Below, in pieces: positions 32,986 through 40,974 of a stretch of DNA of 45,608 bases. Made by a program: the position numbers and the translations under genes. The DNA lies in the IMG/VR virus record IMGVR_UViG_3300022917_000004, positions 1-45,608 of that record. One strand, written 5' to 3'. The first letter of the stretch is position 1. Each line of letters starts with the position of its first letter. The DNA comes from a virus. The notes beneath the pieces are model-generated. The model did no database searches. It saw only the letters and a list, made by a program, of their open reading frames with translations, and was not told the DNA's origin.

Positions 32986-33323
32986 CGCGCCTTCCGTCTG
33001 TGAGTGTGTCGGGCGATCCGCAGCGCCTCGGCAAAGTCGGGCAGATCCGCCCACGTCTTTTCCGACAAGTGCATCACCCAACCAAACTCGTCCTCATTCT
33101 CCCACAACCGGCGTCGGTCGATACAGTAGGTTCCGTCCCGACACTCCAGCCCGTACTTGGTCACGGCCCATTGCCGTCCCTGCCAAACAATTGGAGCCAA
33201 CACTTCGCCCCGACAGTAGACCGCGCCCGGGGTCTGGTATCGCGGCGGGTCGGCCAAACAGGTCGCCGCGTATTCGACCAGGGATTTGATCGAGGTCTTT
33301 TTATTCTGCTTCTGCGTCTGCAT
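32979..33323 (-). CDS. Hypothetical protein, 114 aa
   Basis: ORF track; purine-rich leader with GGAGGGG; sensible composition. Confidence 0.6.
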   Translation of the reverse strand: MQTQKQNKKTSIKSLVEYAATCLADPPRYQTPGAVYCRGEVLAPIVWQGRQWAVTKYGLECRDGTYCIDRRRLWENEDEFGWVMHLSEKTWADLPDFAEALRIARHTHRRKARC

Positions 33324-33362
33324 TTATTTTAATTCCCCTCCTATTTCCCCTCCCCGCCCTCT

Positions 33363-33578
33363 GCGTGACATTCCGCACCCGTATAGGGGTGCGGAAACCT
33401 TGTCACGCTCAGAAAGTAGGGTTTTCTGGCCTTGTCACGCTCTGTCACGCTTGTCACGCCACTAGCTAACCCCTTTGGCGTAAAGGGTAATTTCTTGTCA
33501 CGCTTTTCTGTCACGCTTTGTCACGCTGTTTTGGTTGTGTTCGAGAAATTTTCTAGCGTGACAAAGATCTTTGTCACG
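33363..33578. repeat. Iteron-like array: 10 copies of TGTCACG(C), 8 direct and 2 inverted
   Basis: Direct copies start at 33401, 33433, 33443, 33452, 33496, 33509, 33519 and 33572; inverted copies (GCGTGACA) at 33363 and 33556; a 10-bp-stem hairpin at 33371..33396. Confidence 0.85.
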
Positions 33579-33599
33579 TTTTGTAGGGTTTGTTGGGCG

Positions 33600-35618
33600 C
33601 TAATCGTCCTCGTCTTCCGAATTATCGGGATTATTTTGCAAATACCCTTGCTGCCGCAGCCGCGAGATCGCCTTCCGCATGGCGACGTCTTTTACCGCCG
33701 CGAGCAAGTTGTCGGGTTCGTTGGCCTTGAGCCAGACCAAGAGACCCTTGGCCCCCACCGTGTGGACTTCGACGTCTTTGGCCTTGGCCCAGCGCGAAAT
33801 CGTCTCAGCCAGCGCCTTTTCAGACGGCGTCATTTCCTCGGAAAATTCTTCCTTGGCGTCGTCGCACCACACGGCCACCGCCGACGTGACGTCGAGGCCC
33901 TCCGGTGTCTTTCCCAGGTTCACTACTTCGAGCCGGAACCACAGCGGCGAAGACGGCAGCTCGCCGTCTCTCACGCGGAGCACCTTGAAGCTCCGTCTTG
34001 AACCCTTTTTGCCCTGCCCCGGATCGTGGACCTCGATCAGCGTATCCACCCAGCCTCGGAACGCGGAGCTACCGCGCGGTCCCTTGCTGGCGTCTTTACC
34101 CGGGTGGTGGATCACCAAGACGTTCGCCCCGGTGGTGTTCTTCACGATCTTGGCGTTGTGAATGAACAGGTTCATGTGTTCGACGTCCGTGCCGCCAGCC
34201 AGTGCCTCGGACAGCGTGTCGATCACCACCAGCCTGATGGGCTGGCCCATTTCCTCGCCGCGCTGTTTGATAAGCTCGCACAGCCGTTTCGCGTCATAGG
34301 TGCCGGTCCGCATGTCGATGGCGTAGCGCAGGAGCCTCATGGGCACGTTGGTTTTGCCGTGCTTGGTCCGGAGTGCCCTAAACCGCTTTCGGATCGTTGG
34401 GCCGCCTTCTGCGGCGACATAAAGGACCGCTCCCTGCGTGACCTTCCGGCCGTTCCACGGGGTGCCGGTGGCGATGGCGTGGCATATGTCGAGGGCCGCG
34501 AAGGATTTCCCCGATTCAGGGTAGCCATAGATCGCGCTGATTTCGCCTTGGCCCATGATGCCGTGGATCAGCGGGTTGGACTGATTGTCCAGCGCCGTGT
34601 CGGCGGCTTCGTCGAAGCTCTCGTCCAGCATGGGTTCGCGGACGTGTTTCGAAAAAGTGCTCGGGTCGTCTTTGTCGTCTTTCGGTTGTTGGGCCGCTGT
34701 AGGTTGTTCATCCCCACTATTCTCAACATCGAACTCATTCAAAGCACTTGCCGCGCCCGGAGCGTTCTGGCCGTAAGCGTAAGCATTCCTGACCTTTGTT
34801 CGCAGTGCGTCGTAGGCCCAAGGCGGCACGGCTTTTTGTTCGTTCCAATTGTCGAACATCAGGTCCAGGCATTTTTCCTCGGAGATCCCAAGGTCTTTTA
34901 TGTGAGCGGCCACCCGATAGGTCGCTTGATCGCCCCCAGATCCCTCGATGGCTTCTGGCGCGTGGTTGATGATCCATCGCTTTACGGTTTCGATGGCCTC
35001 TGGCCGGTCCAGTTCACCGATGGGTTGCTTGTTGTTCGTGGATTCGTTTTGTTGTTGGGCCGGATCGCCCTTGGCTGCGGCCGTCTCCAATTCCGCTGGC
35101 ATAAAAGCGATTTCGTCGAACTCGCCTACCCGATGGTATTCCACGCCCTCGATGATCGCGCCTTCGCCTATGACGTAGCCTCTGACACCTCGCACATCGA
35201 CATTTGGTGCAATGCGGGATTGCGAGTTGGGAATCGGTCTGAGGCTCCAATAATATTTGTGGATACCGTTGGGAGTTTTGATCGTGCGTGTGTCTGCCAG
35301 ACCAAACAGGGTGTGTTGCGCCAGTGCTTTTGCGCCTAATTGGCCGGGTTTCATGTCGTAGTCGACGACGACCAGATAGACGTCGACCTCGACGCCGTTG
35401 ATGACGATTCGTTTTGTGAATCCGCACGCGACGGCTGGATTGAAGTCCTCCAGTTCCCACAAGCGAGTCAGCGTTTCGCTATTGGTGGTGGCGCGCTCTG
35501 GCCATTTGGCTATGGCTGGGGTTTTTGCGTTCGGCTTGGCCGGGAAGATTCGCAGTTGATCGGTGTTTGCACTTCGTAGTGCGGCTTGGAGCAGTTTCTT
35601 TTCGCTGCGCGACAGCAT
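33600..35618 (-). CDS. Bifunctional primase-polymerase / replicative helicase (Prim-Pol N-terminus, PriCT-like middle, RepA/AAA_25-like C-terminus), 672 aa
   Basis: IFPAKPNAKTPAIAKW...VVVDYD; ATYRVAAHIKDLGISEEKCLDLM; Walker A GYPESGKS and LVVIDTL Walker B. Confidence 0.8.
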   Translation of the reverse strand: MLSRSEKKLLQAALRSANTDQLRIFPAKPNAKTPAIAKWPERATTNSETLTRLWELEDFNPAVACGFTKRIVINGVEVDVYLVVVDYDMKPGQLGAKALAQHTLFGLADTRTIKTPNGIHKYYWSLRPIPNSQSRIAPNVDVRGVRGYVIGEGAIIEGVEYHRVGEFDEIAFMPAELETAAAKGDPAQQQNESTNNKQPIGELDRPEAIETVKRWIINHAPEAIEGSGGDQATYRVAAHIKDLGISEEKCLDLMFDNWNEQKAVPPWAYDALRTKVRNAYAYGQNAPGAASALNEFDVENSGDEQPTAAQQPKDDKDDPSTFSKHVREPMLDESFDEAADTALDNQSNPLIHGIMGQGEISAIYGYPESGKSFAALDICHAIATGTPWNGRKVTQGAVLYVAAEGGPTIRKRFRALRTKHGKTNVPMRLLRYAIDMRTGTYDAKRLCELIKQRGEEMGQPIRLVVIDTLSEALAGGTDVEHMNLFIHNAKIVKNTTGANVLVIHHPGKDASKGPRGSSAFRGWVDTLIEVHDPGQGKKGSRRSFKVLRVRDGELPSSPLWFRLEVVNLGKTPEGLDVTSAVAVWCDDAKEEFSEEMTPSEKALAETISRWAKAKDVEVHTVGAKGLLVWLKANEPDNLLAAVKDVAMRKAISRLRQQGYLQNNPDNSEDEDD

Positions 35619-35736
35619 TTCGAGACGCCTGTGTGTGGGTTGGCGAATAACAAGTCACAACAAAGCACTAGCCGAAAAGACAGATAACAGACGGGTTTGC
35701 GGGCTGTCCGGTGTTTTGTTTAGCACCGGACATTTG

Positions 35737-35764
35737 TTGACAGTGTGCTTTGTAACTGTATTGT
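35737..35764 (+). promoter_or_regulatory. Candidate rightward early promoter (TTGACA, 16 nt, TATTGT) embedded in the inverted repeat GTTGACA/TGTCAAC
   Basis: Consensus -35 at 35737..35742; -10 at 35759..35764; inverted-repeat arms at 35736..35742 and 35764..35770. Confidence 0.5.
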
Positions 35765-35833
35765 GTCAACGCACTACGATCTCACACAAAACGAATTTTT
35801 GAAAGCTCGCTCCCCTAACCTAACTAAACCAAA

Positions 35834-36145
35834 ATGAAGAAAGCTAAACCAATGGATAGACGGAAAGTCCTCGCGCGGGTCAAGGAAGCCGTGAACAATG
35901 GCTTCTCTGCTACGCGGCTGGGGTATCTCGCGTCTGGCGATCCGCTGTTTGTGAAGAAGCTCCGCAACGGTCATCCGTTCAAGCCCGCCACGTTGTGGCG
36001 TGCTTACGAGACCATCTGCGAGTTTGACCGGCCTCGATTCTCTTGGGTCGCACAAGGTCGCCGCAAGTCCAACAAGACTCGGAAGAACGCAGTGCTGGGC
36101 CACAAGCCTAAGCGTGCTCCGTCTAAGTCCGCCGACGTCGTCTGA
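35834..36145 (+). CDS. Hypothetical basic protein, 103 aa (possible early regulator)
   Basis: First ORF after the promoter; Lys/Arg-rich C-terminus; no clear SD. Confidence 0.5.
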   Translation: MKKAKPMDRRKVLARVKEAVNNGFSATRLGYLASGDPLFVKKLRNGHPFKPATLWRAYETICEFDRPRFSWVAQGRRKSNKTRKNAVLGHKPKRAPSKSADVV

Positions 36146-36154
36146 CGTCTGCGG

Positions 36155-36721
36155 TTGTCTGATCGCGTCGTGAATACCTCTCACAGTGGGAGGCCCTCTG
36201 TGGCCAAACGCACTTACCTCTGCCTGGATCTCGGGACTATGACCGGCTTTGCGCTGCTGACGTGCAATGTGGCTGGCTACAATGTGATCTCGGGATTTTG
36301 GGATTTCAGACCGGGGCGCTTCGATGGCGCTGGCGTTCGCTACGTGCGTTTTCGCAAGCAGCTACTGGAGATTCTGGAGTCTTCGAAACCGGACGTGGTG
36401 CTGTTCGAGGAAGTCCGCCGACACATCGGCGCGGACGCGGCGCGGGTCTACGGCGCGCTGTTTGGGGTGGTCACGTCTTTATGTGAGGAATTGGCGATTC
36501 CCTACGAGGGTATCCCGGTGGGGACCATCAAGAAATACTGGACCGGCAAAGGCAACGCCTCAAAAGACCTGATGATCGCGGAAGCTCACGACCGGGGCTA
36601 TTGGAACGTGTCAGACGACAACGAGGCCGACGCCATTGCGCTGGCACACTTTGCCCATGATCGAGACGTTGGAGACCATCCCGGCGACGGGCCGGATGCT
36701 GGTCCGAGTGTGCTGTCATGA
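36155..36721 (+). CDS. RuvC-like Holliday junction resolvase
   Basis: LCLDLGTMTGFA, VLFEEV and DDNEADAIALAHFA supply the acidic catalytic residues of the RuvC fold; non-ATG start, exact start uncertain. Confidence 0.75.
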   Translation: MSDRVVNTSHSGRPSVAKRTYLCLDLGTMTGFALLTCNVAGYNVISGFWDFRPGRFDGAGVRYVRFRKQLLEILESSKPDVVLFEEVRRHIGADAARVYGALFGVVTSLCEELAIPYEGIPVGTIKKYWTGKGNASKDLMIAEAHDRGYWNVSDDNEADAIALAHFAHDRDVGDHPGDGPDAGPSVLS

Positions 36722-36918
36722 ATCAACGTCCGGTCTCTCCCACCCTCTATCGCGCGCTGGTCGATGTTCTCGCTGCGCTGCAACGCATCGAGGCTGGCGT
36801 CATTCCACAAAGGCTTAGTGCTAATTGTGGCCGCGTAGGAGACACGCAAAGCGTGAAGTTTATTTGCACGTCATTTTCGTTGGGACTTGAGAGCGATGAC
36901 GAAAAGACCACACACTAA
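36718..36918 (+). CDS. Hypothetical protein, 66 aa
   Basis: ATGA overlap with the RuvC-like gene. Confidence 0.45.
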   Translation: MNQRPVSPTLYRALVDVLAALQRIEAGVIPQRLSANCGRVGDTQSVKFICTSFSLGLESDDEKTTH

Positions 36919-37189
36919 TTACGACAAGAAAACTCCGAAGCCGGTTTCGCGGGAAGTGGACCCAGCCGAAGTGTGGGCCGCCGCGACCAACGAAAAAGCC
37001 GCCCGCGCTATGGCCGCGTGGTTGAAGGGGTCTGTGCATTTGTCGCGCATCATTGGGTCTTTGACGTTGGGGGAAATGCAGGCGCTGGCGTCGACCGCCA
37101 ACCACGTCTGGATTGTCGAGGCGTCCCGTCGCCGGTCTGTCGAGCCAGACCCGGCGCAGCGGGAGAAGCTCCAGAGTTTGTTGAGTTGA
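36896..37189 (+). CDS. Hypothetical protein, about 97 aa
   Basis: ORF 36887..37189; first ATG at 36896. Confidence 0.45.
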   Translation: MTKRPHTNYDKKTPKPVSREVDPAEVWAAATNEKAARAMAAWLKGSVHLSRIIGSLTLGEMQALASTANHVWIVEASRRRSVEPDPAQREKLQSLLS

Positions 37190-37750
37190 GTGGTGTGCTG
37201 GCTACCGAAAAACGCGGCTGATGCCGCCATGAGAACATGGAAACCAAAGATGCAAATGACGCTGACGATCACTGCGGAGAACCCGTCCGAAATGGCGAAC
37301 GTGCTCCAGGCGCTGCAAACCGCTGGAGTAACTTCGCCAGTGCGGCTGGTGACAGACGCGCCAAAGGCGAACCCGATACCCGAGAGCATCAAGTCGCCGG
37401 AAGTGGTCGAGACCGAGCCTGAGCCGCCAGCGCCACGGCGTGGCCGTCCGCCCAAGGGCGACAAGCTCAAGGTCGTCCCGAAAGACGAACCCGAGGCTGA
37501 AAAAGACCCCGAGCCAGAACCGAAAAAAGACATCACGGTCTTGGACGTGCGCGCTGCGTTGACGCAGTTCCTCGCGGCCAACGACGAAGCCGCTGCCGCT
37601 GTGCTGCTCAAGAAGCACGGCCACACCGACCGGCTGTCTCAGCTCAAGCCTGAATACTTCGAGGCGGTCTACCACGCGGCTGTCACGCCGATTGTGAAAG
37701 ACGCGCCTGCGATGTTCGACGACGAGATCCCCGATCTGGGCCGCGCCTAA
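37190..37750 (+). CDS. Hypothetical protein with an AT-hook-like RRGRPPKG and an acidic/Pro-rich linker, 186 aa (start uncertain)
   Basis: ORF track; GTG 37190 or downstream ATGs. Confidence 0.5.
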   Translation: MVCWLPKNAADAAMRTWKPKMQMTLTITAENPSEMANVLQALQTAGVTSPVRLVTDAPKANPIPESIKSPEVVETEPEPPAPRRGRPPKGDKLKVVPKDEPEAEKDPEPEPKKDITVLDVRAALTQFLAANDEAAAAVLLKKHGHTDRLSQLKPEYFEAVYHAAVTPIVKDAPAMFDDEIPDLGRA

Positions 37751-38904
37751 TGGCACACGCTGTCTTTGCACCGTCCAGCGCGTACCGCTGGTTCAAATGC
37801 CCCGGCTCGATCCGCATGTGTGCGGACGTGGCAGAGTCTTCGTCTGTGTACGCGGACGAAGGCACGGCGGCACACGAACTGGCGGCGTTGTGTTTGCAGG
37901 ATGGCGAAGACGCCGCTGTGCATGTCGGGAAAGTTATCAACGTTGGCGAGCGGCACTTTGTCGTTGACGACGAAATGGCCGACGCGGTCCAGGTTTTCTT
38001 GGACTTAGTGCGGTCTTTTGTTGAAGACGGCTATGAGCTGCGATCCGAAGTAACGCTCGATCTTGGCCATCTATGGCCGGGGCAGTTCGGCACTGGTGAC
38101 GCGGTGTTGTTTCACGCGGAGCACGCTGATCTCCAGATTGCGGATTTCAAATACGGCAAGGGGGTCGTGGTCGAGCCAGAAGAAAATCCGCAACTGCTGT
38201 CTTACTTGTCTGGCGCGGCGCGGCTCTATCACAACCACAACGTCCAGACTGTCTCAGCGCATATCGTGCAACCGCGCGTGCCGGGGGCCGCTCCCGTCAA
38301 ATCATGGGAGACCACCGTCGAACGCTTGGCGGATTTTGAATCAGAGTTCCGGACAGCGGCCGAGAACGCCTCCCGGCCGGACGCTCAAATGGTTTCAGGG
38401 AACCATTGCCAATTCTGCCCCGCAGCGGGCTTCTGTCCGGAGCTGCGGGGAGCTTCCCTTAAAATAGCGCAAGCCGAGTTTGCAGACGACGTGATCGAAC
38501 TTCCGTCTGTGGAAAAACTCACGGCCAAGCAGCTTGGCGCGATCATGTCAGAGGTCGCACTGGTCGAAGCCTGGTGCTCTGCCGTCCGCGATCACGCCTT
38601 GGCGTCTGCGCTCGATGGCAAAACTCCGGACGGCTTCAAGCTGGTGGCCAAGCGCACTCACAGGCGCTGGATCGACGAGGCCAAAGCCGCTGGCGCATTG
38701 CGGACGCTCTACGATCTGGAAGACGCCGCGCTCTATACGCGGAAATTGGTCTCGCCAGCGCAAGCCGAAAAGTTGGTCGGCAAGGCCAACTCGAAGGGGC
38801 TTGGCGTTCTGACGACGAGTCCGTCCGGTGGCGCGACGCTCGCGCCGCTGTCCGATAAGCGCAAACCAATTTCGGTCGATGCCGCCGACGAGTTCGGAGA
38901 GTGA
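37750..38904 (+). CDS. PD-(D/E)XK nuclease, DUF2800 family (Cas4/RecB-like)
   Basis: N-terminus MAHAVFAPSSAYRWFKCPGS is typical of DUF2800; DFKYGKG core; C-terminal Cys cluster CQFCPAAGFC. Confidence 0.75.
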   Translation: MAHAVFAPSSAYRWFKCPGSIRMCADVAESSSVYADEGTAAHELAALCLQDGEDAAVHVGKVINVGERHFVVDDEMADAVQVFLDLVRSFVEDGYELRSEVTLDLGHLWPGQFGTGDAVLFHAEHADLQIADFKYGKGVVVEPEENPQLLSYLSGAARLYHNHNVQTVSAHIVQPRVPGAAPVKSWETTVERLADFESEFRTAAENASRPDAQMVSGNHCQFCPAAGFCPELRGASLKIAQAEFADDVIELPSVEKLTAKQLGAIMSEVALVEAWCSAVRDHALASALDGKTPDGFKLVAKRTHRRWIDEAKAAGALRTLYDLEDAALYTRKLVSPAQAEKLVGKANSKGLGVLTTSPSGGATLAPLSDKRKPISVDAADEFGE

Positions 38905-38905
38905 C

Positions 38906-39091
38906 ATGGGCAGAGGTGCGGAACCTGTCGTCGTGTTCGCGGAAATCGCCTCCGAAACCGAAAAGGCGTTCCGTCTGAATGACGGCTCAAAGACCGAGTG
39001 GGTGCCTAAGTCTCAAGTCAAACAAACCAACGACGGCGTCTGGGTTATGCCCGAGTGGTTGGCCGACAAGAAAGGTTTTTCACATGACTAA
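38906..39091 (+). CDS. Hypothetical protein, 61 aa
   Basis: Internal ATG after GGAGAG; product MGRGAEPVVVFAEIASETEKAFRLNDGSKTEWVPKSQV... Confidence 0.5.
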   Translation: MGRGAEPVVVFAEIASETEKAFRLNDGSKTEWVPKSQVKQTNDGVWVMPEWLADKKGFSHD

Positions 39092-39323
39092 GCAGACGCT
39101 GGAGCAGGCAATCGCTGCGATCACTGCAATCAAAGGCGCGAATTTCAACGTGGCTTTGTTGCTGCTGTCTGGCGACCGGCTGGCTGGCAAACTGGAATTG
39201 CCTGTCGGCAATCACGGCTTCATTCGAATCGACGTGACCCGGATTGATGGCGCAAATCTGCGCGACGGCCCAATCCGGTCATGGGTAAACCTTGATGCCA
39301 TTCAGGCCGTGGCCATCGACTAA
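39084..39323 (+). CDS. Hypothetical protein, 79 aa
   Basis: Internal ATG 39084 overlapping the previous stop. Confidence 0.5.
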   Translation: MTKQTLEQAIAAITAIKGANFNVALLLLSGDRLAGKLELPVGNHGFIRIDVTRIDGANLRDGPIRSWVNLDAIQAVAID

Positions 39324-39362
39324 CTGTCAAACTGTGAAACCTGTCAAACTGGAGAGCTTTCG

Positions 39363-39959
39363 ATGAATCCTAAATTCAAGACCTGTGCGCTGACCAAAGC
39401 TGGAACGCTGTTGCTGCCAGCCGGTCGTCTCTCTTACCCCAATCTCTTTAAGGCTCGCCCGATGCCGGGCGAGTCCGATGACAAGGCCAAGTTCGGCACG
39501 TCTGTCATCTTGCCGCCAGACAGCGATCTCACGCTGGCGTTGAAGATGGTCGAGGAAGCCGCCGTCGATAAGTGGGGCAAGAATATCGGCAAGGTGAAGC
39601 GCCCCTTCATCAAGCACGCTGAAAAGACCGAAGACGCGGAGCTGGCGGCGGCGTTTCCGATCCTCGTTCGCATGTCCAGCGCCAAGGCCCCGAGCGTGAT
39701 CTACGGCAACGGCGAACCTTGCACGGTCGACGACGAAGTCTATCCGGGCCGCTGGGCCAGGGTGTCTGTCAGGATCTACGCCTGGGAGCACCAGACGGGC
39801 GGCCGTGGCGTGTCTTTTGGTCTTTCGAACGTGCAGCTCCTAGACCACGACGACCGCATCGGTGGCGGCCGGGCCAAGGTCGAAGACGAGTTCGAGTTCA
39901 TCGCAGACGCCAACGACAGTGCAGCCAAGAGCGGCAATCCGGACTCGATCTTCAAATAG
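39363..39959 (+). CDS. DUF2815-family single-stranded DNA-binding protein
   Basis: GGAGAG RBS; ...GRLSYPNLFKA...VSFGLSNVQLL... pattern and an acidic C-terminal tail; typical neighbour of DUF2800 and PolA. Confidence 0.65.
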   Translation: MNPKFKTCALTKAGTLLLPAGRLSYPNLFKARPMPGESDDKAKFGTSVILPPDSDLTLALKMVEEAAVDKWGKNIGKVKRPFIKHAEKTEDAELAAAFPILVRMSSAKAPSVIYGNGEPCTVDDEVYPGRWARVSVRIYAWEHQTGGRGVSFGLSNVQLLDHDDRIGGGRAKVEDEFEFIADANDSAAKSGNPDSIFK

Positions 39960-40007
39960 CGTGCCCTATTTGTTGGGTGTTGAGGGAGATACTTCCCGAC
40001 AACAAGA

Positions 40008-40096
40008 CAACGCGAGTTTTGACGCCTCGCGTTGGTTGGGGGGTTTCACGCCAAACGGGCGTGCGGGGGTGGGCTTTGTGAGAGGGGTCCACCCCC
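40008..40096 (+). ncRNA. Three consecutive stem-loops in the 160-bp gap after the SSB gene (structured RNA, terminator or leader; function unknown)
   Basis: CAACGCGAG/CTCGCGTTG (40008..40034), CACGCC/GGCGTG (40047..40063), GGGGGTGG/CCACCCCC (40065..40096). Confidence 0.3.
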
Positions 40097-40119
40097 GAAA
40101 TAAGCAGGGAAACGAGAAA

Positions 40120-40332
40120 ATGCCATCCACCTACTTGGTCGTGGTGAAAGACGAGCCGCACGGGCTGGTTATCCGGGAACGCTACCGCTGGATTTGGCGG
40201 CTTGGCGACAGGGTCCACCGCTACCACCGCAGCGCCTCACGCTCTGGCGTGCATCTGCACATCGCTCGATCTCTGGCCGCACCGTTCGCCAGCGTGCAAC
40301 TGCGCCCGATCCGCCTGCCGGTGACGCCATGA
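40120..40332 (+). CDS. Hypothetical protein, 70 aa
   Basis: ATG 40120; ATGA overlap with the next gene. Confidence 0.45.
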   Translation: MPSTYLVVVKDEPHGLVIRERYRWIWRLGDRVHRYHRSASRSGVHLHIARSLAAPFASVQLRPIRLPVTP

Positions 40333-40688
40333 GTTTGAGATTGGTCGTTTTAGAATCGCCCTACGCGGGCCAGACCGAGAAGGACATCGAAGACAACTGC
40401 GAGTACGCGCGCTGTTGTCTGCGGGATTCCTTGCGTAGAGGCGAAGCGCCGCTCGCGTCGCATCTGCTCTACACGCAGCCCGGCGTGCTCCGCGACGACA
40501 TTCCAGACGAACGCAAACAGGGCATCGCTGCTGGCTTGGCGTGGTCCGATTTCGCAGACGCGATGGTCGTCTACACCGATTACGGAATTTCGCCCGGCAT
40601 GGAAAAGGCCGTGGCCTACGCCATCGCGCACGATTTGCCGGTTGAATACCGCTCACTGACGGAGAAGCCCGCAAATGCTGTCGGGTGA
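40329..40688 (+). CDS. Nucleoside 2-deoxyribosyltransferase-like (DUF4406-like) protein, 119 aa
   Basis: LVVLESPYAG ... AMVVYTDYGISPGMEKAVAYAIAHDLPV resembles the NDT-fold beta1 and C-terminal motifs. Confidence 0.4.
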   Translation: MSLRLVVLESPYAGQTEKDIEDNCEYARCCLRDSLRRGEAPLASHLLYTQPGVLRDDIPDERKQGIAAGLAWSDFADAMVVYTDYGISPGMEKAVAYAIAHDLPVEYRSLTEKPANAVG

Positions 40689-40974
40689 ACTCATGACGGC
40701 GCGCTGTCCGCACTGCGAAAGACCGTTCGGCGGGATTCGCTTTGGCGTGCGCTTCGGTGAGCTGGCGGTCCACATCATCGACACTGTGCGGCGCGCTGGG
40801 CCAATGGGGATAGCGCCCGACGCGCTATTCGAGATCGTCTACCACGACCGGCCATCCAAGCGCACCGCGCTCAAGGGCTACATCGACAGCATCAATCGCC
40901 GTCTCGCAGAGACAACCAACGTCCGCATCAGCGCACGCGGCGGCACCTATCACATCAGGAAGGCGTTCCGATGA
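40675..40974 (+). CDS. Zinc-ribbon plus winged-helix DNA-binding protein, 99 aa (alternative start 40693)
   Basis: CPHCE near the N-terminus; LKGYIDSINRRLAETTNVRISARGGTYHI resembles OmpR/PhoB-type winged helices. Confidence 0.45.
   Translation: MLSGELMTARCPHCERPFGGIRFGVRFGELAVHIIDTVRRAGPMGIAPDALFEIVYHDRPSKRTALKGYIDSINRRLAETTNVRISARGGTYHIRKAFR

Noticed and set aside
33363-33578. Possibility that the TGTCACGC cluster is a CRISPR array.
   Set aside because: The repeats are only 8-9 bp, spacing is irregular (9 to 53 bp), two copies are inverted, and there are no cas genes. This fits an iteron or operator array instead.
36919-37626. 235-aa minus-strand ORF opposite the 36896..37750 early genes.
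   Set aside because: It is Ser/Ala/Gly-rich low-complexity sequence antisense to plus-strand genes that fit the operon structure, with no start context.
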